Assembly: GCA_938074535.1 (NCBI GenBank)
Contig: CALJER010000008.1
Location: 44,954-108,953 of the forward strand
Origin: an uncultured archaeon
GTDB taxonomy: Archaea > Hadarchaeota > Hadarchaeia > Hadarchaeales > WYZ-LMO6
Direction of reading: 5' to 3'
Length of the DNA: 64,000 nt
Shown here: in pieces, positions 22,868-33,581 of the stretch
Numbering within the stretch: the first letter of the stretch is position 1
How the letters are laid out: the number at the start of each line of letters is the position of its first letter
Made by a program: the position numbers and the translations under genes
The notes under the pieces: generated by a model
What the model was told of the DNA's origin: nothing
The model's input: the letters and a program-made list of their open reading frames with translations, nothing else
Database searches by the model: none

Positions 22868-23710
22868 TTAAAATTTCTTCCCCGTAACCCTTTCGTAACA
22901 CTCCACGTACCTCCTGGAGGTCTGGAGGACCACCTCGGGAGGGAGGTGCGGAGCGGGGGGCTTCCTGTTCCATCCTATGCTGGTGAGGTAATCCCTCACG
23001 TACTGCTTGTCGAAGCTGGGCGGGTCTCCCCCCTCTTCGTAGCCCTCCAGGGGCCAAAAGCGGGAGGAGTCGGGGGTGAGGATCTCGTCTATGAGGAGGA
23101 GTTCCCCCCGGCTGGAGCCGAACTCGAACTTGGTGTCGGCTATCAGGATCCCCCTCTTCTCGGCCATGGAAAGGGCCCTTCCGTAGAGGGAGAGGGAGAG
23201 CTCCCCGATCTCCTCCGCCACCTCCTTCCCCAGCTTTTCCACCACCTCCTCCCATCGCACCTCCCTGTCGTGTCCGCTCTCCTCCTTGGTGGTGGGGGTG
23301 AGGATGGGCTCCGGCAGCCTGGAGGCCTTCTTGAGGCCTGGGGGAAGGCGGATTCCGCACACGCTCCTCCCCTTCGCGTAGCTCTCCCAGGCGGAACCGT
23401 AGAGGAAGCCCCTGACGATGAACTCGAAGGGAAGGGGGGAGGCCCTCCTCACCAGCATGCTCCTCCCGTCCACCGCCTCCAGGAAGTGGTTCGGAACGTC
23501 CCTGAAGAGAGTGAACCAGAAAACGGAGAGCCTGTTCAGGGCCTCGCCCTTGTGGGGAATGCCGTTGGGAAGCACCACATCGAAGGCCGAGATCCTGTCG
23601 GTGGAGACCACCAGCAGGCTCTCCCCCAGCTCGTAGATGTCCCTGACCTTCCCTCTCTTGAAGAGCCTGAGGGGAAGTTCCGAGTAAAGGAGGGGCTCCT
23701 CTACCTCCAT
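22868..23710 (-). CDS. purC: SAICAR synthetase
   Basis: GKVRDIY, TDRISAFD, ADTKFEFG, DEILTPDSSRFW, DKQYVRD. Confidence 0.97.
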   Translation of the reverse strand: MEVEEPLLYSELPLRLFKRGKVRDIYELGESLLVVSTDRISAFDVVLPNGIPHKGEALNRLSVFWFTLFRDVPNHFLEAVDGRSMLVRRASPLPFEFIVRGFLYGSAWESYAKGRSVCGIRLPPGLKKASRLPEPILTPTTKEESGHDREVRWEEVVEKLGKEVAEEIGELSLSLYGRALSMAEKRGILIADTKFEFGSSRGELLLIDEILTPDSSRFWPLEGYEEGGDPPSFDKQYVRDYLTSIGWNRKPPAPHLPPEVVLQTSRRYVECYERVTGKKF

Positions 23711-24180
23711 CCTCTCACGGCCGCCTCGTCGGCGGAGAGGACTTCCTCCCTTCTCTTCCTCTGCCAGGAAGAGAGCTTCTCCGCCAGCCCTCTGTCCACC
23801 AAGGAGAGGATCTTGGCGGCTGCCAGGGCTGCCCCCTCAGGATCCGCCACCACCAGGGGAGCCACTCCCCGGGGCATGCGCAGGGAGGAGAAGATGTCGA
23901 AGGGGAAGTTCTCCACCTTCACGGGGCATGAGATCACGGGATGTCTCACCTGCGCGTCCACCATGCCGGAGAGGGCATTGGACCTTCCCACCACCGTAAG
24001 ATAGACCAGCTCCTCCCCGCTGCGCTCGTACTCCTCCAGCATCCGAAGGAGCCTGTCGGGGGTCTTGTGGGCGGAAGCGACCCTCTCTTCGAACTTCACC
24101 CCTAGCTCCTTTAGGAGGACCCTGGCCGGCTCGGCGAATTCCACATCGGCCTTGGACCCGTAGAGAATCACCACCTTCAT
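23701..24180 (-). CDS. purE: AIR carboxylase PurE, class II-like
   Basis: GSKAD, SAHKTP, VGRSNALSG, SSLRMP.G. ATG at 24180. Confidence 0.92.
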   Translation of the reverse strand: MKVVILYGSKADVEFAEPARVLLKELGVKFEERVASAHKTPDRLLRMLEEYERSGEELVYLTVVGRSNALSGMVDAQVRHPVISCPVKVENFPFDIFSSLRMPRGVAPLVVADPEGAALAAAKILSLVDRGLAEKLSSWQRKRREEVLSADEAAVRGWR

Positions 24181-24218
24181 CGCATCCGGGTGAGAATTGG
24201 TGGGAGGGACTTTTAGTC

Positions 24219-24558
24219 CTATCGTTTCCCCGGTCGAACCCTGGGGCCCATCGCCTCCTCCACCGCCTTCCTGAGCATTCCTTCGGGTGGACAGGGGTAG
24301 CCCCTCCCCCTGCACAAGTAGATCCTGCACCCGAGCCTGCCTTCCCCCTTTCTGATCCCCTCTTGAACATCCCTCCCGTTTATCAGCACGGTGGGGGAGC
24401 CCTGGAACCCGTGCTTCCTAGCCTTTTCTTCCGTAAAGAGCTTCCACCTCCGCCTCCGCGCCCAGCCCCTTCATAACCTCCCTGAGCACCTCCCTGGTCT
24501 TCAAGAGGCTAGGGCAATCCGGTATGTACAAAACTTGAACCCCTATCTTCCCATCCAC
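24219..24558 (-). pseudogene. Frameshifted small thioredoxin-fold protein (DUF2703-like)
   Basis: GTG 24558 behind GAGGTGAT gives VDGKIGVQVLYIPDCPS...AEAEVE, stopping at 24418-24420. The +1 frame continues FTEEKARKHGFQGSPTVLINGRD...LGCRIY...YPCPP to TAG 24219-24221. Confidence 0.72.
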
Positions 24559-24562
24559 GAAA

Positions 24563-25351
24563 TCACCTCAGCTCTTTCACCAGCGAAGAAAAAATCTTCC
24601 TCCCGTCTCCCCACAGAGGGGGGGACTCCCCCTTTGTCCAATCCGGGAGCTGCCAGCCGAAGACCGCCCTTTCGGGATGGGGCATCATGCCCATGATCCT
24701 GCCCGTGGGGTCGCATATGCCGGCGATATCGAAGAAGGAACCATTGGGGTTCAAGGGATATCTCCCTCCGGCGGGTCTTCCCTTCCCGTCGCAGTACCTG
24801 AAGACCAGCTGATCCTTCTCCAGGAGCCTCCTCAGGTACTCCCTCTCCCTGCCCGCCGGGAAAAGGAACTTCCCCTCCGCATGCGCCACGGGCATCCTCA
24901 CCACCTCCCCCCTTCCCATCCCCCTCGTGAAAAGACACTTCCCTCCGTTCTCCACCCTCAGATACGTCCATCTGCACTCGAACCTCGCCGAGTCGTTGAG
25001 GGCGAGGGCCGCCTGCACCTCTCCCCACCGGAAGCCGGGCAGGAGCCCCGCCTCCACCAGCACCTGGAAGCCGTTGCAAATTCCCAGGATGGCTCCACCG
25101 TCCTCCACGAAGTCCTTCAGGGCGGAAAGCATCCTGCCGGCCAGCTCCTTTCCCAGAATGGCGCCGGCCCTCACCCTGTCCCCGAAGGAGAAGCCGCCGG
25201 GGATCACCAGCACCTCGCATCCCCTCAGCCCCCTCTCCAGCACCCTCCTGAAGTGGACCAGCTCCACCTCCGCACCCGCCTCTTCCAGGGCCACCTTGGT
25301 TTCGCCGTCGCAGTTGGTTCCTCCCGCCCTCACGATGCAGGCCCTCACCAT
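24563..25351 (-). CDS. purQ: FGAM synthase glutaminase subunit
   Basis: GTNCD, PGGFSFGD, GICNGFQ, AHAEG, NPNGS, MMPHPER. Confidence 0.97.
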   Translation of the reverse strand: MVRACIVRAGGTNCDGETKVALEEAGAEVELVHFRRVLERGLRGCEVLVIPGGFSFGDRVRAGAILGKELAGRMLSALKDFVEDGGAILGICNGFQVLVEAGLLPGFRWGEVQAALALNDSARFECRWTYLRVENGGKCLFTRGMGRGEVVRMPVAHAEGKFLFPAGREREYLRRLLEKDQLVFRYCDGKGRPAGGRYPLNPNGSFFDIAGICDPTGRIMGMMPHPERAVFGWQLPDWTKGESPPLWGDGRKIFSSLVKELR

Positions 25352-27699
25352 GCTGGGCTCCTCCACGCCCTCCTCAGCTCCTCCGCCCCCACCTCCCACT
25401 TCTTCCCCCCCCTCCCCACCCTTAGGAGGCCTTCCTCCAACACCCGGCCTATCCTAGAGGCCCTCCTCCCCGCCACCCTCCTGAACTCCTCCTCCTTCTC
25501 CTTCTTCACCTCCAGCAGGAACCTGCTGTTGGACTCGGAGAAGAGGAGGAAGTCCTCCCTCAGCCTGCCCCCGGAGGGCACCAGCGAGAGGTCCACCTCC
25601 GCCCCCACCTCCCCGCCCAGCACCATCTCGGCCAGAGCCACTGCCAGTCCCCCCTCGGAGAGGTCGTGACACGCCCTCACCAGTCCCCTCTGCAGGGCCT
25701 CCTCCACCACCCCCAGGTTCCTCCTGGCTTCCCCGAGCCTCACCTTGGGAACGCTCTTCCCCAGGTATCCCAGCAGGGCATAGTACTCCGAGCCGCCCAG
25801 CTCCGGGAAGGTGGTTCCCACGAGGTAAAGGGGATCTCCCTCCCTCTTCAGCTCCACGGAAACGGCCTTTTTCACCTCGGGTATCACCCCCACCGCTGTG
25901 ATCAGGAGGGTGGGGGTGACGGGTCCCAAAGGGGACTCGTTGTACAGGCTGTCCTTTCCCGAGATGAAGGGGGTTCCGAGGCCCCTGGCGAAGCGATAGC
26001 ATGCCTCGCAGGCCCTGACGAGCGAACCGAGCTGCTCCTCCCTCTCGGGGCTGCCCCACACGAAGTTGTCCAGCAGGGCTATCCTTCTTCCCCCCACCGC
26101 CACGTTGTTCCTCACCGCCTCCTCCAGGCTCGAAGCCGCCATCCAGTAGGGATCTATCTTTCCGTACCTGGGCTTCAGCCCGCAGGAGAGGACCACCCCC
26201 TTCTCCGAAGCGGGGAGGGGCTTCAGCACCACTCCATCGTTGGGCGCCCCGTGCTCACCCTGCAGGGGCTTGAGGACGGTTCCTCCCTGGACCTCGTGGT
26301 CATACGTCCTGATGACCTCCTCCCTGCTGCACAGGTTGGGGGAGGAGAGGAGCCTGAGAAGGACTTTCCTGGGCTCGGGAGGGGAGAAGCTGGGCTCCTC
26401 CAGGGAGGGCGCCCTATACTCCCCCCTCCTCTCCACGAGGGGAGGGGAAAAGAGAAAGTCCAGATCCAGCTCGGCCACCCTGTGCCCCCTGTAGAAGACC
26501 CTGAGCGGACCTTCTTCCATGAACCTCCCGATGGGGGTGGCCTCCACCTCCTCCTCCTCGAAAATCCCCACCACCTCCTCCAGGTTCTCGGGCGGGACGC
26601 TCAGGGCCATCCTTTCCTGGGATTCCGAGACCCAGATCTCCCAGGGCCTCATCCCCGAGTACTTGAGCGGAACCTTCTCCAGCCACACCTCCACCCCGCA
26701 TCCCGCCTCCCTCGCCATCTCCCCGCTGGCGCAGGAAATCCCCCCTCCCCCAAGGTCGGTGATGGAACTGGCGAGACCCCTGTCCGCTATCTCCAGGATT
26801 CCCCTCCTGAGCTTTTCCTCCTCTATGGGATCGGGGATCTGAACGGCCGGCCTGGAGACCTCCTCAGACTCCTCGGAGAGTTCCAGCGAGGCGAAGGTAA
26901 CCCCGTGGATGCCATCCCTCCCCGTCCTTCCCCCCGCCAGCACCAGCAGGTCCCCAGGCTTCGTCCTCTTCACGTAGTTCTTGAGGGGGAGGAGCCCCAC
27001 ACACCCGCAGTACACCACGGGGTTGCCCACGTAGCTCTCGTCGAAGTAGATGGCCCCGGCCACGGTGGGAATGCCCATGTTGTTTCCGTAGGCCCCTATC
27101 CCGGCCACCACACCCCTGTAGACGTAGCGGGGATGCTTGACCCCGGGGGGGAGTCTGTCGTAGGGGAAGTTGAGGGGACCGAACCCCAGCACATCCAAGC
27201 AGGCTATGGGCTTCGCCCACACGCCCAGGATGTCCCTGATCACCCCACCCACCCCCGTGGCCGCCCCGCCGAAGGGCTCGATGGCCGAGGGGTGATTGTG
27301 TGTCTCCACCTTCACGGCGAGAGCGTGACCGTCCTCGAACTCCACGATCCCAGCGTTGTCTCTAAAGGTGGAGACGCACCAGGGGGGGGAAAGCTCCTCC
27401 GTGGCCCTGGCTATGAAGTCCCTGAAGAGCCTGACCCTCCTCCTCCCCACCCTCACCGTCCCCTTGAAGGTCTTGTGGAAGCAGTGCTCGGACCAGGTTT
27501 GGGCAATCCCCTGCAGCTCCACGTCGGTGGGGTCCCTGCCCTTCCTGGAGAAGTACCTGCGGCACTCCTCCATTTCCCTCAGGCTCATGGCCAGGCCCAT
27601 TTCCCGGCTTATCCGGGAAAGCTCCTCCCTGCCCGCCCCCCGCAAGCCTATCTCGTACAGCTCGAAGGGGAGCGGAAGCCTCCTGTAGAGCTCGCTCAA
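25345..27699 (-). CDS. purL: FGAM synthase large subunit
   Basis: WSEHCFHK, ETHNHPS, GGVIRDI, SESQERM, HDLSEGG. Confidence 0.97.
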   Translation of the reverse strand: MSELYRRLPLPFELYEIGLRGAGREELSRISREMGLAMSLREMEECRRYFSRKGRDPTDVELQGIAQTWSEHCFHKTFKGTVRVGRRRVRLFRDFIARATEELSPPWCVSTFRDNAGIVEFEDGHALAVKVETHNHPSAIEPFGGAATGVGGVIRDILGVWAKPIACLDVLGFGPLNFPYDRLPPGVKHPRYVYRGVVAGIGAYGNNMGIPTVAGAIYFDESYVGNPVVYCGCVGLLPLKNYVKRTKPGDLLVLAGGRTGRDGIHGVTFASLELSEESEEVSRPAVQIPDPIEEEKLRRGILEIADRGLASSITDLGGGGISCASGEMAREAGCGVEVWLEKVPLKYSGMRPWEIWVSESQERMALSVPPENLEEVVGIFEEEEVEATPIGRFMEEGPLRVFYRGHRVAELDLDFLFSPPLVERRGEYRAPSLEEPSFSPPEPRKVLLRLLSSPNLCSREEVIRTYDHEVQGGTVLKPLQGEHGAPNDGVVLKPLPASEKGVVLSCGLKPRYGKIDPYWMAASSLEEAVRNNVAVGGRRIALLDNFVWGSPEREEQLGSLVRACEACYRFARGLGTPFISGKDSLYNESPLGPVTPTLLITAVGVIPEVKKAVSVELKREGDPLYLVGTTFPELGGSEYYALLGYLGKSVPKVRLGEARRNLGVVEEALQRGLVRACHDLSEGGLAVALAEMVLGGEVGAEVDLSLVPSGGRLREDFLLFSESNSRFLLEVKKEKEEEFRRVAGRRASRIGRVLEEGLLRVGRGGKKWEVGAEELRRAWRSPAW

Positions 27700-27702
27700 C
27701 CC

Positions 27703-27957
27703 TCACCTCCCCAGCTTCCTGACCTCAAAGGAGTAGTCGTCCTTCACGGGATTGGAGAGGAGCTTTCTGCACATCTCTTCTGTGAGCTTCCTGGCCTCCT
27801 GCAGGCTGGAGGCGGTGAGCTCTATCTCGTAAACCTTCGCCACCCCCACGCGGCGTACCCTGTACCTAAGGTCCTGCAGGGCCCTCCTGGTGCTCTCCCC
27901 CTCCGGGTCCAGGTAGCCTGGTTTCAACCTCACCTCCACCCTGCTCAGGTACCTCAT
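27703..27957 (-). CDS. purS: FGAM synthase PurS subunit
   Basis: LKPGYLDPEG, KLLSNPV. Confidence 0.95.
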   Translation of the reverse strand: MRYLSRVEVRLKPGYLDPEGESTRRALQDLRYRVRRVGVAKVYEIELTASSLQEARKLTEEMCRKLLSNPVKDDYSFEVRKLGR

Positions 27958-27961
27958 CCCC

Positions 27962-29098
27962 TCACCCGTACTCGAACTTTCCCGCCCCGCTCTTTATGAT
28001 CACCCGATTCCTCCCCTTTCCCCTTTCGCACCTGCCTATCACCCTCGCCTCCAGCTTAAACCCCTCTGAAACCCTCACCACCTCCTCGGCATCCCCGGGA
28101 TCCACCACCAGCTCGAAGCCCACGCCCATGTTGAAGACCTCGTACATCTCCCTCCACCCCACCCTTCCCTCCCTCTGCACCAGCAGGAAGATGGGATCCG
28201 GCTCGGGAAGCTGGTCCTTCACGTAGACGAGGTTCTTCCCCACCCTGAGGCTCTTGGTGAGACCCCCGCCCGTGTTGTGCACCATGAGCTTCACCCCTTC
28301 CCCCACCCTCCTGAGGACTCTCAGGACCACGGGAGCGAAGAGGCGGGTGGGGGAGAGGATGGCCTCCCCCACCGTCATGCCAAGCTCGTCCAGGTAATCG
28401 TCGAACCTGAACCTTCCACGGTACCTTCCCCGGTCCACCAGCTCCGGATACTTCCTGGTGTACTCCCCCCTCATGAGAACGTGCCTGGCTAGGGTGATGC
28501 CGTTGCACATCATCCCGCTGTTCTCTCTCTTCTCGTACCTCGTCCTTCCCCCGCTCCTGAGGCCCACGATGAGGTCGCCTGCCCTTACCCTCTCCCCCCT
28601 CCTCACCTCCGACAGCCTCACCCTGGCAGCCAGAACGCCGGCGAGGTCCAGCGTCCTCACCTGGTCGGGAAGGTCGGCCGTCTCCCCGCCCAGGAAAGGT
28701 ATCTCCAGCCCCAGGGCCTCGAGCTCCTTGAGGACCCTCCGGAAACCTGAGACCATGTGGAAGAGGAGCTCGCGCTTGGGGAGAACACGCGGGTTGAGGG
28801 TGAGGTAGTCCGCAAAGGCGAGGGGGCGGAAGGGACCCACGCAGACCACATCGTCCACATTCATGGCCAGAACATCCTGAGCCAGTCCCTCGAACCAGGA
28901 CGGGTCACCCGTTTCCCTCCAGTGGAGATAGCTCTGCTGGGGCTTGCTCCCCGCTCCGTCCGCGTGGAGGACCAGGCCCGTCTCCCTTCCCTCCCTCCCC
29001 ACCGGGCAGAAGGGCATCAGATCCGCATCCAGGAGGGGGAGGAAGAACTCCGTGCCCTCCTTCTTCGCATCCACCCCCAGGGAGCGGTAGAGGCTCAC
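27962..29098 (-). CDS. purM: AIR synthetase (PurM, divergent long type)
   Basis: HADGAGSK, AMNVDD, GGETAD, LSPTR, HNTGGG, EMYEVFNMG. Confidence 0.88.
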   Translation of the reverse strand: MSLYRSLGVDAKKEGTEFFLPLLDADLMPFCPVGREGRETGLVLHADGAGSKPQQSYLHWRETGDPSWFEGLAQDVLAMNVDDVVCVGPFRPLAFADYLTLNPRVLPKRELLFHMVSGFRRVLKELEALGLEIPFLGGETADLPDQVRTLDLAGVLAARVRLSEVRRGERVRAGDLIVGLRSGGRTRYEKRENSGMMCNGITLARHVLMRGEYTRKYPELVDRGRYRGRFRFDDYLDELGMTVGEAILSPTRLFAPVVLRVLRRVGEGVKLMVHNTGGGLTKSLRVGKNLVYVKDQLPEPDPIFLLVQREGRVGWREMYEVFNMGVGFELVVDPGDAEEVVRVSEGFKLEARVIGRCERGKGRNRVIIKSGAGKFEYG

Positions 29099-29964
29099 CC
29101 CTTCCCCTCCAGCGCCTCCGAAGCTAGGAGGGTGTTATGGAGGAGCATCACGCGCGTCATGGGGCCCACCCCGCCCGGCACGGGGGTGAGGTATGAGGCT
29201 CTGCGGCTCACGCCCTCGAAGTCCGCGTCCCCCACCAGCTTCCCGCTCACGTAGTTCATGCCCACATCCACCACCACGGCACCCTCCCCCACCATCTCGG
29301 CCGTGAGGACGAAGGAGGGTCTCCTCCCCACCGCCGAAACCAGCAACCTGGCCTCCCTGGTCCTCTCCCCCAGGTTCCTCGTCTTGGAGTGGCAGAGAAG
29401 GACGCTGGCATCCCTGTCCAAAAGGAGCTTGGCCAGGGGCTTGCCCACCAGATCGCTCCTGTTGATGATGACCGCCAGCTCACCCTTCACCTCTATCCCG
29501 TACTCATCCAGCAGCCTAAGGATGCCCCTGGGGGTGCAGGGGAGGAGGCTCCTCTCGGGATCGTACTGTCCCTTCCAGAGCTTCCCCACGTTGTAGGGAT
29601 GAAGACCGTCCACGTCCTTCTGGGGGGAAATCTCCTCCACCAGGCGCCTAGGGTCCAGCTGCGGCGGCACGGGAAGCTGCAGGAAAATCCCGTGAACATC
29701 CTCTTCCTCGTTCAGGCGGTGGATGAGTTCCCGGAGCTCCCCCTCCTCCGCCGAGGAGGGGAAAGTGTAAAGCCTGAAGGAAATTCCCACCTCCGCGCAG
29801 TCCCTCCTTTTTCCCTCCACGTAGACCCTGGAGGCCGGGTTGTCCCCGACCAGCAGGGTGGCCAGGGTGGGGGCCACTCCCTTCCTCTTCAGGGCCGAGA
29901 CCCTCCCGCGCAGCTCCCCCTTGATCTCCTCCGCCAGGGCCTTTCCGTCCATAAGCACGACCAT
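29095..29964 (-). CDS. folD: Methylene-THF dehydrogenase/cyclohydrolase
   Basis: KDVDGLHP, PCTP, RSDLVGKP, TPVPGGVGPMT. Confidence 0.96.
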   Translation of the reverse strand: MVVLMDGKALAEEIKGELRGRVSALKRKGVAPTLATLLVGDNPASRVYVEGKRRDCAEVGISFRLYTFPSSAEEGELRELIHRLNEEEDVHGIFLQLPVPPQLDPRRLVEEISPQKDVDGLHPYNVGKLWKGQYDPERSLLPCTPRGILRLLDEYGIEVKGELAVIINRSDLVGKPLAKLLLDRDASVLLCHSKTRNLGERTREARLLVSAVGRRPSFVLTAEMVGEGAVVVDVGMNYVSGKLVGDADFEGVSRRASYLTPVPGGVGPMTRVMLLHNTLLASEALEGKG

Positions 29965-29972
29965 GGTCTCCC

Positions 29973-31421
29973 TCAGAAGGAGGGGGCAGCCTTCTTCCCC
30001 AGCCTCTCCGCGTACCTGGAAAGCACCGGATTCACCTCCCTCTCGAGGAAGCTGTCACACCTCTCCACCGCGTCGCCCACGTGCCTGGAGGGATCAAGGA
30101 CCTCTTCCAGCTCCTGGGGGGTCAGAAGGGGTCCCACCACGGGGTCCTCCCTCAGAAGGGAGGGCAGGGGATTTTCTCCCCCCTCCATGACCCTCTCCCA
30201 CGCGCGGAGGGAGAGCCTCCTCAGCCTCTCGTGCATCTCCTGCCTGTTCCCCCCCTTCTTCACCAGGAGCATCAGGAGGGGCTCCAGGGCGGAAAAGGGG
30301 GAGAAGAGCTGGAGGTTCCTGGCGATCATGACCCTGTTAACCTTCATTCCCTCCACCAGGGTCTGGTACAGGATGAGGATTTCCTCCACCGCCAAAAAGC
30401 TCTCCGCCAGGATCACCCTTCGGTTGGCGGAATCGTCCAGGGTGCGCTCCAGGAGGGTGTGGGAGGCGTTCTCCCAGGCCACCCTGGGAAGGGAGGCCAC
30501 GTACCTGGCCAGGGAACACATACGCTCCGAGAGCACGGGATTGCGCTTGAAGGGCATGGCGGAGGACCCCACCTGCGCCTCCCCGAAGGGCTCGGAGAGC
30601 TCCCCCCACACGGGGGAATGCAGGTGCCTGAGGTCCGCCCCGAACTTGTGGGCGCTCTGGGCTATCCCCGCCAGAACGGAGAGGACCATGAAATCCTGCT
30701 TCCGGGGGTAGGTCTGCCCGGAGATGGCGAAGTAGGGGAGGCCCAGCTTTTCCATCACCCTGGCCTCCACCTCCGCGGGCTTCGCCCTCTCTTCCAGCAG
30801 CCTCCTGAAGCCCGCGGAGGTCCCCACCGCCCCCTTCACCCCCTTACCCTTCAGGAACTCGGAGAGCAGGAGCTCCACCGCCCTCAGGTCCAGGAGGAGG
30901 TCCTGGGCGTAGCAGGCCAGCCTGTATCCCAGCGTAGTGGGCTCGGCAGGCTGCAGGTGGGTCCAGCCCATGCAGACGGTGCTCCGGTGCTCCTTTATCC
31001 TGAGGGAAAGGGAGTGGAGGCAGTTGACCAGCCTGGTGAGGAGGAGGTCGAAGGCCCTCCTCATCCTCAGCACGTCTGCGTTGTCCTCTATGTCCATCGA
31101 AGTGGCCCCGAGGTGGAGTTTCCCACCGCCCCTGGGGCACTGCTGGGAGAAGACCCTCAGTTCCGCCATGAGGTCGTGCCTTATTTCCTTCTCCACCTTC
31201 TGAGAGAGCTCCAGGTCCACATGTTCCTTTCCCGCCTTCTCCCTGATCTCCCTCAGCTCCTCCTCGGAAATCAGTCCGTACTCCGCCTGGGCCTCCGCCA
31301 GGGCCCTCCACACCTTTCTCCAGAGGGCCCTGTACTCCAGCTCCGAGAAAAGGGAGCGCATCTCCTCGCTCCCGTACCTCCAGGTGAAGGGGGACAGAAA
31401 GGTTCGGTGGTCGAAGCCCAT
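29973..31421 (-). CDS. purB: Adenylosuccinate lyase
   Basis: SPFTWRY, HLGATS, THLQPA, GSSAMPFKRNP, ERTLDDSA. ATG at 31421. Confidence 0.96.
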   Translation of the reverse strand: MGFDHRTFLSPFTWRYGSEEMRSLFSELEYRALWRKVWRALAEAQAEYGLISEEELREIREKAGKEHVDLELSQKVEKEIRHDLMAELRVFSQQCPRGGGKLHLGATSMDIEDNADVLRMRRAFDLLLTRLVNCLHSLSLRIKEHRSTVCMGWTHLQPAEPTTLGYRLACYAQDLLLDLRAVELLLSEFLKGKGVKGAVGTSAGFRRLLEERAKPAEVEARVMEKLGLPYFAISGQTYPRKQDFMVLSVLAGIAQSAHKFGADLRHLHSPVWGELSEPFGEAQVGSSAMPFKRNPVLSERMCSLARYVASLPRVAWENASHTLLERTLDDSANRRVILAESFLAVEEILILYQTLVEGMKVNRVMIARNLQLFSPFSALEPLLMLLVKKGGNRQEMHERLRRLSLRAWERVMEGGENPLPSLLREDPVVGPLLTPQELEEVLDPSRHVGDAVERCDSFLEREVNPVLSRYAERLGKKAAPSF

Positions 31422-31475
31422 TCTCCCTCCCTTTTCTTGGAAGGTTTTTAACTTTGGGGAGGAGAAAAGGGGAGA

Positions 31476-33008
<1,533 letters not shown>

Positions 33009-33070
33009 CGCCCTCCGGCTCTTACCGGACCCCGGCGACCACGCCTGAAAGAGGGGAACCCCGCAAGCCT

Positions 33071-33577
33071 TCAGCGGAGGGGCTCCACACCCTCCAAATC
33101 GCTCAATTCCCCCCTAGTCTCCTTCGCCCAGACCGCCCTCACCCTCATCCCGATGTGCACTTCTTTCGGATCCGCACCTATCAACAGAGTGCCCAAGTTG
33201 GAATCGGCGCCGTCGAATTTGACGAAAACGGGAATAATAACCTCATCCTCCTGGATGAGGCCCTGCTCCACGGGATCCATCCCCAGCACCTTGATCTTCC
33301 CCCTTTTGATGGGCGGGCTTATGATGAAGCAGGTGACGGTACCTACGTCGGAAACCACCACCCTACCCTCCATCTTCCTGTGGCACCTCCCGCACAGGTT
33401 CCTGGGAGGCACTATCACCTTCCCGCATCCGAAGCACAGAGAGCCCACCAGCTTCCTCTGTTTTAAACCCTCCACGAATTCTTCGAGGAGTCTGTTGGCC
33501 TTCCAGGTGTAGGCCCCTATGTTCCACTCCCCCTCCACGCCCAGGGTTTCCGGTCTTTCCTCTTTGAGGTATGGCAT
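33071..33577 (-). CDS. DUF35 Zn-ribbon/OB-fold protein (ChsH2 C-terminal-like)
   Basis: CFGC...PPRNLCGRC, GTV, IGMRVRAVW. Confidence 0.9.
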   Translation of the reverse strand: MPYLKEERPETLGVEGEWNIGAYTWKANRLLEEFVEGLKQRKLVGSLCFGCGKVIVPPRNLCGRCHRKMEGRVVVSDVGTVTCFIISPPIKRGKIKVLGMDPVEQGLIQEDEVIIPVFVKFDGADSNLGTLLIGADPKEVHIGMRVRAVWAKETRGELSDLEGVEPLR

Positions 33578-33581
33578 CCCC

